DNA from: Lama glama
Taxonomy: Eukaryota
Length of the DNA stretch: 64,000 bases
Reading direction: 5' to 3'
NCBI GenBank assembly: GCA_028534125.1
Contig: CM052816.1
Coordinates: 83,082,001 to 83,146,000 of the forward strand
Part shown: positions 12,830-25,760 of the stretch, one piece after another
Position numbering within the stretch: position 1 is the stretch's first letter
Layout of the letters: every line of letters begins with the position of its first letter
The notes under the pieces: model-generated
Seen by the model: only the letters and a program-made list of their open reading frames with translations
What the model was told of the DNA's origin: nothing
The model's database searches: none
Program-made: the position numbers and the translations under genes

Positions 12830-14230
12830 GATTTTTAAAATGAAATTTTTAGAGCAGTTTTAAGTTCACAGCAAAAGTGAGAGGAAAGTATAAAGATTTC
12901 CCATATGCTTCCTGCCTCCACACATGCATAGGTTACCCCTGTTATCAATATCCTTCAATAAAGTGTTACATTTATTATAACTGTGAACCTATTTAGATAA
13001 ATCATAATCACCCAAATTTCATAGTTTACCTTATGGTTCACTTGGTGTTGTATCTTCAGTTGGTTTGGGCAAATGTATAATGATGTGTATCCATTATTAT
13101 AGTATCAAACAAAGTATTTTTGCTGTCCTAAAAATCATCTGTGCTCTGCTTATTCATTCCTCCTTGCCAACCACTAATAACCACTGATCTTTTTATTCCC
13201 TCCATAGTTTTGCCTTCTCCAGATATCAGATAGTTGGAATCATACATAGTATAGCTTTTCTGATTGGCTTTTTTTTTTAGTAAGATGTATTTAAAGTTTC
13301 TCCATGTCTTTTCATGACTTGATACCTCATTTCTTTTTAGTGCTGAACAATATTCCATTGTCTGGATGCCCTACAGTTTATTTCTTACCAAAGGATATCT
13401 TTATTGCTTCTAAACTTTGGCAATTATGAATAAAGCTGCTGTGAATATTCAGGTGCAGGTTTTGTGTGCGCATAAGTTGTCAGTTCCTTTGGATAAATAC
13501 CAAGGGGCATGATTACTGGATCATATGGCAAGAGAATATTTAGTTTTGTAAGGAACTGCCAAACTGTCTTCCATTTTATATACCCACCAGCAATAAATGG
13601 GAGTTCTGGTTGCTCAACTTCCCTGCCAGCATTTGCTGTTGACATATATCATTGTTTAATGTAATAGATATGTAATGATACCTTGTTGTTTTAATTTGCA
13701 TTTCTCTGATGACATATGATATGGACCATCTTTTTATATCCTTATTTGCTATGTGTATATTTTATTTTGTGAAGTGTTTTTTAGGGTCATTGACCCATTT
13801 TTTAATCAGGTTGTTTGTTTTCATATTGTTTATTTTTAAATGTTCTTTGTACATTTTGGATACTAGTTCTTTATTAGATGTGACTTCTGCAAATATTTTT
13901 TTCCAGTCTGTGATTTGTCTTCTGAATCTCTTGACATTGTCTTTGGTAGATCAGAAGTTTTTAATTTTAATGAATTCCAACCTATCATTTATTTCTTTCA
14001 TGGATCATGCCTTTGGTGTTGTGTCTAAAAAGTCATTGCCATACCCAAGTTCATTTAGGTTTTCTTCTGTGTTATCTTCTAGGAGTTTTATAGTTTTTCA
14101 TTTTACATTTAGGTCTGTGATCCTTTTTAAGTAAACTTTTGTTAAGGGTATAAGGTCTGTGTCTAGATTTAATTTTTTTATGTGGATGTCCAATTGTTGT
14201 AGCACCATTTGTTGAAGAGAGTATGCTCTT
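12830..14230 (-). mobile_element. L1MC1-like LINE-1 3' end with ORF2 C-terminus
   Basis: tttttagagcagttttaagttcacagcaaaa 3' UTR signature; ORFs 13128-13358 and 13424-13645(-) give MEYCSALKRNE and WQFLTKLNILLPYDPVI. Confidence 0.9.
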
Positions 14231-14299
14231 TCTTTATTTATTATTTATGATTTTTCAAATTCATTTTCACCAGATTGAAAAATCTAAACTATGAAAGAA

Positions 14300-15900
14300 T
14301 ACTAAAAAGCTTATAAATTGAAAATTCTCTTTTATTTCACTAACTTTAATTTATTAACTCTTTCTAGAAGAAACTATTTCAGTGTTTTTAGTCACATTTT
14401 GATATTTCTCTCCATATATACAGATATTTATTTATACCCTACTGTTAATTGGTATTTTAATTTAAGTTATCATCATCTTGACTTCTTGTATGGTAAGTAA
14501 AAATTTTGCTCTCAAACTTCAGCTCTTCCAACTCTCTTCCAGTATCCTTCAATACAGTGATTTCATGATTCTTCACTTTAATAATTATCAATATTTACAT
14601 GATTATAACTATGTCATTGTTATGATTATAACTGATTTTTTAACTTCTAGTCAAGTAGTATTTATTTTATTATAAAATTTCTTTAAATTTTCCCTGAAAT
14701 GATACATAATTGTACATAATTTATCATTCACCTAGTTTGCAAAAAAAGTGTGTGTATATATATACATATATGTAGTTACTTTCAAATACACATTAATATA
14801 TTTTCAAATACACATTAATATATTTTCCAAAATTCCAAACAAATGCGATAAACTACAAATTTGTATTTTTTTTCACAGAAGTACTTCTCCCCTCATCTCC
14901 GTAGCCTCTTTCTGCAGTCTGGAATGTTTTTATAGTCTGCTGCACAACTGTTGTCCTAGGAATTTCTTTCCTTTATGCTAGTTTAGATTTTAAGTTTCCT
15001 GAACCCCATGTCTTATGATTTCTCAGATTATTCTTGTTTTCATGTGTCGTTTAAGCTAATTCTCCAATAGTACCCTAAGATGATTCAAAGAAGTTAGCAT
15101 TTCAAGTCTTTCAATGTTGCAGTTATTTTTCCTTCACAATTCTTAAGGCGTTGCTTCACTGTCCTTAAGTATCTTTAGAGTTCCCATTGAGCAGTTTGAT
15201 GCTCCTCAGATTTATATTTATTGGTATGTATTTTGAGTTCTCTTCATACTTTTAAGATTTTTTAAAGCTATCACTCTGTTCCCATATTTCCTTAGGTGAT
15301 ACTTTGATAAAATTCATTTTTTAAATTTATGCTGAGCACTAGATTAACCCTTTGAACTTAGAAACTTATTTCATATCTGTGGAAAATTTTCTTCCATGGT
15401 TTATTTTTGTAATTCCTCATCTTCTGTTTTTTACTTTTATTAATTTATCTTTTTCACATTTTTTTCTCAGATGTTACATCTTCTGTTCATATATTCTAAT
15501 TTTCTATCTTTCCTCTCATTTTCCATCTCTTATCATTGAGGGGATTTTAAAAATCATTTAATGCTTCTGTTAATTGTGTTTTAATTTGAAATAACCTATT
15601 TTAATATGTAAGAACTTATTTTGTCCACATTTATTTTTCATTTTACAGAGGCTCTTATACTTGAGTTTTAAACATAATATCTTCTCTCAATTATCTTAAA
15701 ATATAATTTTTAAAGTTTTCTTCTAATCTGTTTTATCTGTCCTATGTTCCTTTTGTTATTTTTACTATTTTGGTATCTATCCTTCCTGATGGAGACTCTT
15801 CTCAAGTATCTAGATATCTTTGGTTGTTCATTTATATTTGTAAGTTACTCATTAAAAATCATAAAGAAAGTTCAACCATGTGTTTATGAATGGATCAGGG
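14300..15900 (-). mobile_element. Highly decayed HAL1 / old L1 ORF1-region remnant
   Basis: T-rich antisense L1-like composition with patchy motifs (ttcctgaaccccatgtctt, aaggcgttgcttcactgtcc); boundaries uncertain. Confidence 0.45.
14780..14827. repeat. 22-bp tandem duplication (tttcaaatacacattaatatat x2)
   Basis: Exact copies at 14780-14801 and 14802-14823 plus a partial third. Confidence 0.95.
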
Positions 15901-16114
15901 CTTGTGAGAAGTGGGACTACTCAACAGGAAGTACATATACTAAATATTTTCAAATCTCCTCTACCTGTCTTTTCTTTCAAATAGATTCTCCCTGACCCTT
16001 TTACTCCTTTCATTATTTTGTTGTTGTTGTTTTGCTGGGTATTTTTCTTATTTTTCTTGAATGTTTCTACTAAATTTCCAGTTGGATATATTCTCTTTTG
16101 ATTAGAAAGTAACA

Positions 16115-16360
16115 ATAGGAGATGAGGTCAGAAGGTAGCAGGGCCATATTATGTAGAGATTTTAGCCATTCTTGAAAATTTGACTTTTACTCTGAGTGAA
16201 ATGGAGAGGATTACAGGATTTTGAGTAGAAGAGTGATGTGATCTAAATGCATTTTTATAAAGAACATAATGGCAAAGTTGCTATGCATAGATCTAGGGCA
16301 GGAGAAATAGGAGAGGAATGAAGGAGGGAGAGGAGCTGGTGGCTATTAAAATAAACCTGG
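16115..16360 (-). mobile_element. LINE-2 fragment
   Basis: ggagatgaggtcaga..tttgacttttactctgagtgaaatggaga..ttttgagtagaagagtgatgtgatct is typical antisense L2. Confidence 0.7.
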
Positions 16361-16599
16361 TAAGAGTCCAGTCTGTTCATTTGAAATGCACTCAGAACTA
16401 GTTAGAGTCTAGATTTTGTGTTCATAGCTATGAAAATGGCTTTATTATGGGTTTTGTTTTTGCTGAAATTATACCAAAAGATGGATATTTTAGGTTACCA
16501 AGAGAGACTGAAACCAGTCGAAAGGTTTTCCTGCTGCTCTCTTATTGGCTATTTTAAGTGATATTACACAAGTTTCCATTTAAACTGTTGAGGAAGTCT

Positions 16600-17250
16600 T
16601 TCAGGACATGCTTAACTCCTGTAGAGAGCCTTCTGTCTGACTGAACAGTGCTTAGAGGCAACATTTTTGATATCTCTGTGAAGTCTTAAAAGATTTTATA
16701 GTCTAATTCTCAGCTTCATCTTTAGATCAGGCTTTTCTGTGAGTGTCCAGGACATGACATTATATCGGAAAACGTTTCTTAATTTTAGCCTTATTTGCCG
16801 TTTGGAGAGAGACTGAGAATCTTCAAGACCAGTAAATCCTAGTTCCTTTTAGTTTAACAGTCATTCATTTAGCTTATCACTCTCCTGTTATATTTTACTA
16901 TAAGCAGCAAGAAGAAACAAAGGCAGACTTTCCATCCTGTACTTGGAAGTCGTAGCTAGATAGTTGTTGGGTCCTTTAGGTTCATTTTCCACCTTCTACA
17001 TTGCTCTGGAAATAAAGTGGCTAAATGTTCTACCCAAGCTAATAGGGATCTGCTTTCCTATCATTTCTCACTTTCTGTTAAACCCTCACCAGTATCTCAT
17101 CAAAGCCCAAATTCTATGAATAGTGTCTCCACAGGTGAAATTTTCACAATGTCTTCCCTCAGCCCTTTCAGCTTCTGCCCACAGCCATTTCCAAAGTCAT
17201 CCCCACATCTCATGGCTCTGCTATGACATTCCACTTACGGTACAAAAATC
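16600..17250 (-). mobile_element. MaLR internal (MLT-int) 5' region
   Basis: Ends in ccacttacggtacaaaaatc immediately before the LTR (canonical int/LTR junction); contains tataagcagcaagaagaaac. Confidence 0.6.
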
Positions 17251-17810
17251 TATATTAACTACGTATTAGCTATGTACTGTTATCTGTTGCTCCATAACAA
17301 ATTACTCCCCAATTTAGCAGCTTAAAACTATAAACATTTATTATATCATAATCCCTTTGGGCTATAAATCTGGGAGCAGCTAGCTGGATGTTTCTGGCTC
17401 AAGGTCCCTCATGAAGTTGCATTCAGGTGTCAGCCAGGCATTGGAAAAGCTTCTTCCAAGATCACTCATGTAGTTGCTGGCAGGCTTCAGTTTCTGTCTA
17501 ACTCTTGGCTGAAGACTTCATTTTCTTGCCACAAAAGCCTTTCCATGGGCTCGCTGAATGTCCTCATGGCATGTCAGCTGGCTTCCCCAAGAGTGACCAA
17601 TGACAGAAGAAGAGAAAGAAAGAAAGAGAGAGAGAGCTCACACAGAAGCTGCAGTCTTTTTTGATCTAATCCCTGAAGTGACATGTGATGTACCATCACT
17701 TCTGCCTTACGCTATCAGTCACAGAGACCAACAATTTTGGTAGAATGTGGAAGATGTGAGCTTTGGGACAAGAAGGTCATTGGGGGCCATCTTGTAAGCT
17801 GCCTATCACA
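17251..17810 (-). mobile_element. MLT1F/G-like MaLR LTR
   Basis: ataacaaattactccccaatttagcagcttaaaac..ttgctggcaggcttcagtttc..cattgggggccatcttg..gctgcctatcaca. Confidence 0.85.
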
Positions 17811-18654
17811 TCAAGTAAAACTAAGCTCCTCTTAGATCTTGGGCAGCAAATCCTGAGCTTTTGTTGGTAAACACGTGACTACTTCAAAGCAGGAAGCCTT
17901 TGGACACTTACTCAAATTTATCTTGCAGCAGGAGAGTCTAGGACTAAAGATATCCAATGAACTGCAGTGACTCATTTTATGGGTTAGTGAATTTAATGGA
18001 CAGATCTTTTAAATTTTTTTATTAATGATAATTTATTTCAGAACTTTTTTTAAAGAATAAAATGTATGGCACCTATGAAAAAAGCAAAGACATTTTAGAA
18101 TTAGAATTTTTTGCATCAGTTTTTACAGGAGTCAGTGCTAATGTGAACTGGCATCCAATATAAATATTAAATACAGGCTGATTTTCCTCCTGGTCATATG
18201 CGTTTAGTTGTTCCCCAGGGGTTTGCGTTAGACCTCATGAAGCGTAGCTTTTTAGAAGCAGCTGCCATTTTTATAAGAACTGATTTCATTTTCCAACAAA
18301 GTAAGCACTTTAAAAGAAAACTGAAGTAAACCAGGGCACATGTACAGGTCTGGATATGAACCAGATATTTTGGTTTAGAAACACTGAAGATATTTAGTGT
18401 TATTCATTGTATTTTAAATAAAAAAAAGTGTATATCTCATGATTTCTAAGATAGCTAGTAAAATTTAATGGTAAAATATATGTCCATTTTAAAGCTACCT
18501 AGGATTTGAATTACATCATGGTTCCAGCTTCTTTTTTGATTAGGAATTCTTTCCCTCTATGGAAGGAACAAACTTTTAGTATACTCAGAACCTTGTTGGA
18601 TGAATCTCTCTAGGGCTTTATGTTAAATAATAAACAAATATATTTTCTAAACCT

Positions 18655-18873
18655 CAGAAGTTCACATATTGCTTGATTCCACGTATGTAACATTCTTAAA
18701 ATGACAAAACTGTAAAGATCAAAAATAGGTTAAGGTTGCCAGGGACTGAAGTGGTGGTCAGTCAGTATTAAAAAGATCGCTCTAGGGGATTCCTTTATAA
18801 TGACAGAAGAGTTTTCTATCTTGGTTGTGGTGGTAATTACATTAGCCTAGAAATGTGGTGACATTGCATAAAA

Positions 18874-18907
<34 letters not shown>

Positions 18908-19115
18908 CAATATAAAATTGGTGAGCTCCCAATAAGGCCTCCAGACTGTTCTAATTAGCCAGTGTCAAGTTCCTGGTTTTGATATTGCACCTACAGTACT
19001 GTAGTGTGTTATCCTTGTGGGAAGTTGAGTAAAGAGTACACAATATTGCTCTGACCCTGTTTTCAGTTCCTCAGAGCCTATGATTATTTCAATATAGAAA
19101 GTTAAAAAAAATAAA
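18655..19115 (+). mobile_element. L1MD/L1MC-type LINE-1 3' UTR containing (CA)15
   Basis: ttgcttgattcc..aaaatgacaaaactgta, gtgtcaagttcctggttttgatattg, and an A tail. Confidence 0.75.
18875..18904. repeat. (CA)15 microsatellite
   Basis: Perfect dinucleotide run. Confidence 0.95.
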
Positions 19116-20639
19116 CGAATTATTAAATGGACTGCGGTTAGAGTAGACATTTTTAACACCATGTTTTCCATTCTTTCATAGGAAAATATGGGGGCTACAT
19201 TTACTTACTAAAATTTAGGGAAATTAAACTAGTATTAAAATAATGTAAGTAAACAATGAATATATAATTTAATAAATATTTTGAAATACTAGCAATTACA
19301 CTTTGATATAAATTAGAAAACTGCATTTAGTAGCATTAATTTATTTATATAACTTTAATGAAATGATGAACATCTCTCTTTAAATTATAAATTACATTAA
19401 CTCTCAAAGTTATAATATGCAGTTGAATTAAAGGTATTATTCTTCAAGGTTATACAATTTTAATGTTACTGTCTATTTTTCTGTTATTATAGTATCAAAA
19501 CCAAAGATTTCCAAACCCCTATCAATATTCAAGAATTTATTTAGTAGCCAAACATCATGTTATAGAACAGTGAATTTAAATATTTAAAACATGGAACTAT
19601 GGGGATGGTAACTACAATAGTATGTATTTTTTCCTCTATGATTTTGGTTTGTTTTTTTAATCATCATTTGCTATAGTATTCTTGGAATTATTCCGACATA
19701 TGAACACTGGGGAAAAAAAGAGAAAAAATAAAACCTCTAATTAATTAATTAATATTGCATTTAAAAATGGACAACTTTTTTATATTGCATCAATTTCTCT
19801 ACTGAGAGACTTTTTCAATAATTTAAATGTACATTAACCATAAATTATACAATACTAAAGAAAATAAACAAAACAAGTTCTACTGAATTGTGGTAGAGAC
19901 AGAAGTAAAATGAAGTATTTTAAGTGTTTTTAAACCAGACGTTTGTAGTTCTAATGTAAATTATGCTCCTTGGGCATTTTTGCTTTTATTTCCAATATAG
20001 AAATTGTTAAGGTCTGGAAAATACACTAAAGTTTTAAACTGAGATGCGACTGTTGTAAAATAATATATACTACCTTCTCTTTATAAATGAATAGAAACAA
20101 GAAAAGTCATTAAAATTAGCACACATTTATTATAGTTCAAACGAATGCTTAAAAATGACTCTGTGAAAAAATAAAGCAAGAGAAATGGGAATGAAATAAT
20201 AAGTAAAGAGACTTTCCCTGAGATTTGTTAGAATATGGACTACTGTAATTTTATTATTTGTGTATCAGTTGGTAGCAAATTTAATAATGGACCTGAATAA
20301 ACAGCTCAGAAATATGTCCAATTACACAATTTAAAAAACTTGATATATCAGAGTGAAATGCATTATAAACATTTAGGAGGGAGCTGATTATTAAATAAAT
20401 CATGTGTGGAAAATTGGCTATTGTTTGGAAGAAGAAATATTAAAGTAGAGCCATATAACTTAGCAATTATCAACAAATTCATAGACGGAGTAAACATTTT
20501 TTCAAAGAATGAAAGTGTGGTTGCATACTTACCTAATGCTACAGAGGGTTTCTGAGTCATATTATGCAAAAATAATATCTGAAAGGTGAAGGGAAATCAA
20601 TAGCCATAATTTTTCACTTTGGTAGTTTCAGGACTCAGC

Positions 20640-20880
20640 AGACATGAAAATGTTTTACCTAGAACTGCCCCTCAGGGCAGAGGGAGCTGGGATCATCGCT
20701 AGCAGTATCTTGGGTGCCATGCTATTCCCTGATTCCTAGAGATCCAGCAAAGACCATTCCTTACCGTCATTCCTCCATCCCTTACTGCAGTTTTATTTAC
20801 GTGTAACTCTGTGTAATAAAACTTTCTTGCTTAAAATATCTAGATTGCTTTCTATTTTCCTGACCAAAACTGACGAATAC
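20640..20880 (+). mobile_element. Old ERVL-class LTR 3' fragment
   Basis: aataaaactttcttgcttaaaatatctaga..tttctattttcctgacc..actgacgaataca resembles ERVL LTR ends. Confidence 0.5.
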
Positions 20881-21758
20881 AGTGATCATTATTTGTGGGT
20901 AAGGTTTAAGTTGAGGTAAGGGAGTACATTCAACTGTTTGAAATGAAATGTCATTTCCAAGGAAATTTAAAAAATATATGTTTTTGTTCAACTTATGATT
21001 TTTTATGAAACATAATGTACTCACTTGATTTTAATCAATTTTTGCCATAAATCTATTTTCTCAATGGCCTCTAATTTAATTTTGGATATGAGATACTTGC
21101 AAGTGTTCCGTTATACAACTGTCTGAACAAATCATGAGCAAAAGCAATTTCAAATGTGTGTTAAGTGTATCTCACTATATAAAAACTTGGATTATCCTGT
21201 CAAAATTGGCCTACCAAATTTAATGTCCTCTTCAAACCTTAATACTACTCTCTCACAAAATATAAATCTGATGATAAAATATAGGGAAGCAAAATAGCCC
21301 TAGTGTTTTCTTTCCTAAAATGCATTACCTAACCATTGCAGAACTTCTGCTTGTTCAAAAATGAAGGTTTATTTTTAGAGGCTCTGTAAATTTTGTAGAG
21401 GGATTTTGTTTTAGCTGCTGGCCCCTATATTTCTTAATCTTCAGAGATATTTTTCCATATTTTATTATAATATAAATTCTTATTAATGACTATTTTTTCA
21501 TAATTAAGTATTAAAATTATTGAATTATATGATAGTATATTTTAGGGTAACCATTAGGCAGTGACCCTAACTGTTATGATTTAGAGGATATACTTCGGTC
21601 AAGTCTACCAAACCCATTGAATAGTAAACCGGATTTTCATTGGCTTAGTCTGTATCAGATATGACTCATATCAGTGATCAGTTATTCATGTGGGTATGCT
21701 TCTTTGTAAGAGTAAATTATCCAAGTAACCAACAAGATGATGTCATTCTCTGGAACCA

Positions 21759-22201
21759 TGTATGGTCAGGCTATTCAAGGTGACTGCTCTCTTGCTCTCT
21801 GTACATTCCCTGCTCCACCAGTGTCTGCTTCACCTACACCCATCTCACGTGATTGACCTTCTTACACACTTGCTCCAGGCCCCAGCTAGTGATTGTTCTT
21901 ATCAAAGGAGTGGTAAGGAGTGTGTCCCTCTGCTGGTTTCCCTGGTAACAAATGAGCCAACCTGATGTCAATTCCTCCTATAACGGCTAACCTCCCCCAT
22001 CCCCTGGGAACTAAGTCTGCTGCTGTGTCCTGCCCTCCATCCACTGCTCGTGGTGGGGAGTCACTCCAGGACCTCGCTTCAGACAGGTTACCTCCCCAGC
22101 CCATTAAACTATTGATGTCTCTGTCACTGACTCGGGGCTCTTCCCTGGTCTTGAAGCTGGGCAAGTACAAGGCTTGTAGGTCTGTGGGGTGCCACGCAAC
22201 A
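21759..22201 (+). mobile_element. Solo LTR, copy 1 (lineage-specific, ERVL-class by 5-bp TSD)
   Basis: TG...CA ends; near TSD aacca/cacca; ATTAAA polyA-like signal; homologous end to end with 35086-35533. Confidence 0.85.
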
Positions 22202-22757
22202 CACCAGAATCAATGAGTCTGAAAACTTAAGATCCTCCTAAAAATACACTTAATGTGACACCTAGCCCTTATTTTTCCTGAAATTTGGAAAAATGAGTTT
22301 ACTCTATTCGCAAACTCTTCTTCCCATGTTATCCTCGGTAAGATGCTTTACTGTAGAAACTGACTAAACCAAACCCCAATTTATATATCTTTTCCCAAAG
22401 CACTTCTATTGTAAGAAAATTAAGAATATGCTCAGAAAGCAATTTGAGGATTGTGCATAATTACAACCACCATCTTGTAAGCATTTCTGCCATTTTTATT
22501 AGAAGAAATGTTTATAGTGATTGTAAACCTAGTTTTGCAGGTTCTGTGATATAGAGGTGGGAGAAAACTGGGGGCAGCCCTCAAAACATTGTGCTTCTTC
22601 ATTTGCATATTTGAGAACACAACAACCAAAAAATAACTATAATTTGGCACCTATAAATTACCAAACTCTTAGGTAGATTAACTGAGTTTAATGCTCGCAA
22701 CATTCCCTTATGGAATTAACTTCCGAAATTTACATGTGTGGAAAATGACACATGTAG

Positions 22758-23236
22758 CATCGGCTGAAGTAAATGTGTAGCCTAAAGGTTGAGAGTTATG
22801 TTTTATTTGGCGGGAGGACTCCCGCTGGGATGACGGCCTCTCAGATTGCTCCGAGGGAGGGCTCCAGAGAGGTAGGGGAGGGGCTAGGATATATAGGAGT
22901 TTTACAACAAAGACCAGGTAGTCAGAACAATAAAAGATTACTTATTATCTAAAGAAAACCAGGCATCTCAAGTTAAAGAATTTAGTGCTTTTCTATGTAT
23001 GGGAGGAAGCGAACATTTGGGCTCATTGAATTCATTCCTTTGACAAGCACCTAGCTATCTAGGGCCAGTATCCTGTCCTTTCTTATTCTGAGTCCCTTCA
23101 GAGTGCACCATTGTGAGTGACTGCAGAGGCTGGGCTGCAAGCTTGTCTTCACTGGGGGGTGGGGGCAGCTGCTGATGACTTGATGGTTTCAGCATTCTTT
23201 GTTTACTAATATGGTTTGCAGTATTTTTCATTCACA
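22758..23236 (-). mobile_element. MER41-like ERV1 solo LTR (cetartiodactyl type)
   Basis: 4-bp TSD gtag (22754-57, 23237-40); gttgagagttatgttttatttgg, ggatatataggagtttt and catctcaagttaaagaatttagtgcttttctatgtatggga match my recollection of MER41_BT-like LTRs. Confidence 0.8.
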
Positions 23237-23240
23237 GTAG

Positions 23241-23698
23241 TATGGCAGATAATAGTAGCTGTTTACTCAAACTTATGTTTTGTATGTTTGTTTGCTTTGT
23301 TTGGTTTGGTTTCCTAACTAATATTCCTAATTTCCTGTAAAGTTCATTCTGTCTACATGACCAAATTGGATCAAAGGAATTTGCATCTAGGTGTAGGGGT
23401 GATGTGTGTCATTCCCAGTTCTAGTTTACTTGAGTATCCCACAAGCGTTTTTCCATGATTATTTTTTTCCCTTTCTGCCTGGAATAGAGACAGCTTCCAA
23501 GGAAATCATGGAAGCTGTATTTTGGAAATGACAGCAGTGCTTTGGGCAGCCTCACTATCTGGATGACTGCATGGAGGAGGCCAAATTGCCTACATGTTCA
23601 CTTACTCATCACAAGTAGTAATTAAAGCTCTACTGTGCTTGAGTTATACACTTTTTTTGTTGCTGTTTGTTATTGCAATTAGTCCTCTGCAACTAATT
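23241..23698 (+). mobile_element. Old MLT1I/J-like MaLR LTR
   Basis: tatggcag start, gatgactgcatggag, and tgtttgttattgca..actaat end. Confidence 0.55.
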
Positions 23699-24124
23699 AA
23701 GTTAGTTAAATAAGTTGTATAAATTCTCAAACTTGGGAAATGGGAGAAAGAATTCTTGAATCCAAGTCATAAGGTTTAAAACCCCAGTTTCTCTGTACCT
23801 CATGGAATGCTCTGTGTATGTGGCTGTGTGTGACGATAAATAATCCCAGATATAGCAGGACCCTTTGGACTGTGATTACTCACTAGGTCCATAGGTGTTT
23901 CTAAAGAGAAGGATTTATAACCAATAGGCTCTCGTGAAGTACACACATATTTTAAAAGCTGTTCTTTCATTTGCAAGCATCAACTGCTATGTGGCACTAT
24001 TTATAACTGTTTTAGAGCCACTTGGCTTTGTAAAAGGGAAAATAATATTACTGTGGTCTACCCATTGTATACTATGGGTCTTTGTCCTTATCCTCTCTCT
24101 TGCATTGGAAATCCTTCATGATTC

Positions 24125-24665
24125 TATAGGGGAGAAAAATTTGCCACCTCAAAACATGTGTCTTTGGCATGAGGATTAATTTAAGCTGACTTTTTAAGAA
24201 ACAGAAGACTCAGGAAGTTTTTCTTGTGACCTTCCTCTTAACTGTCTGGGAGAATTCAGATAAAGGGCCTGTTCCAGGGACAGAAATAGCACCAGAGACA
24301 TCTGCAATGAATAGGGGCCAGTTGTTGTGGGGGATACTGGTAGGGCCTAGACATCAGAGTCCACTTTGAATCCCCTTGTCTCTGCGTGGCTCAGCAAGTC
24401 CATCAAACATTTGCTTTTCCATCTTTATGTGAATTGCTTTTCTCCCCTTTGAAGTCCCAAACTACTATCCCAGATCCTCTTTGTCTTTAGCAGGAGATGG
24501 TATTTAAGCTGAGAGTCTCAGCCATGTGTACATAGATCTCTCCCATGTATACATGTCATTAAATTTCTGCTTGATTTTTTCCTGTTAGTCTGTCTCATGT
24601 CAATTTAATTCTTAGACTAGACAAAGGAACTTAGAAAGGTAGAGGAAAAGTTTTCCTCCCCGACA
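24125..24665 (+). mobile_element. MER34/LTR39-like ERV1 solo LTR
   Basis: 4-bp TSD attc (24121-24, 24666-69); tgccacctcaaaacatgtgtctttggcatgaggatta start; ttttcctccccgaca end. Confidence 0.8.
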
Positions 24666-25594
24666 ATTCCATTTTGTTTTATGAAAGTCACTGAGTGTTA
24701 ATCTTCTGAGGGCATCAGTTGGGGTGGTGCGGGTTATCAAGCAAGGATAACTTACTTGACAGGACAGCTACTAGTAGTGTTTCTTTGTGCTGCTGATCTA
24801 CAGAATTTGCATCATATTTGTCTTTTATTTTAATGTATCTCTGTTAAGTAGGAGATGACACCATTTATTGGTTGCATGATAAGGAGTAAGTAGATGATTT
24901 TTTGAAACTTGGAAAAATGAGTAGGTTTTCTATTATTAATCCAAAAAAAAAAGGCAAACAGGTGTTCTTAGATCCCTGTTTCTCAATGATTCTTCCTAGC
25001 AAGGTGATATTCTCCACACCCAGAGATCACAAATCCATTCAGCCTTTCCTAGAAGTCTCTTTTTTCCCTAATATAACTTCCTCTTATCCAGTCTCTACAA
25101 CTCAGGAAGAGTGATTGTATTTAAATAAAGACCTATATTTAAAGTGTCCAAATGACTTCTATTCAAAGGCCTTTAATTGCAGCCCAGTATCCTTAGGATA
25201 AAGTCTAACCTTCTGTCTTCACAACTGCTACATTCCAAACTTCTAGAAAACAATTCTTGACCTATTTTAGGTTCTCCTTAATCAACTGCTAAATAAATGG
25301 TGAATTTATTCAATTTTTCAAAAATTAAATTTGAATAAGAATGAAGTCATATAAGGATGATGCAGGTCTGGGGAGGCTGGGTAACGGGAAAGTCATGAGC
25401 CATGTGTTAAAGTCTATGGGTGGATTGCAGTGGGAGAACAGGACTCCAGTCCCCCAAGTGGAAGCAGAAAAGTGTTCTTAAAGTGGCAGTGAGGATTAAA
25501 ATTAATAATTTTAGCTCTAGATTCCACAGGTGCAGGATTCAATCCAGGTTTCAATCACATTATTTCCTTCATGGGGAGAGTCTAGCAGAGAGTT

Positions 25595-25760
25595 TAGAGA
25601 ATTAAACCTGGATAAGAATCCTGCCTGTGATAAGGAGCTTGGGCAAGCTGACTGCCTGCATTATTTTATTTGTAAAATGGAGTTAATAATAAAGAAAAGG
25701 AAGAGATTTTTATGATCGTTAAGTAAAATAATGAACGTAAATAGTAGCTAATATTATCTA
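25595..25760 (+). mobile_element. MIR fragment
   Basis: acctgg..aatcctgc..cttgggcaag..atttgtaaaatggagttaataata core. Confidence 0.6.

Noticed and set aside
13709..14134. 141-aa hydrophobic ORF resembling a membrane protein
   Set aside because: It is the antisense reading of L1 ORF2; T-rich codons give Phe/Leu/Ile
22279..24922. 19/20-bp match tgaaa(t/c)ttggaaaaatgagt at 22279 and 24903
   Set aside because: Short and AT-rich; matches of this size can arise by chance in 64 kb
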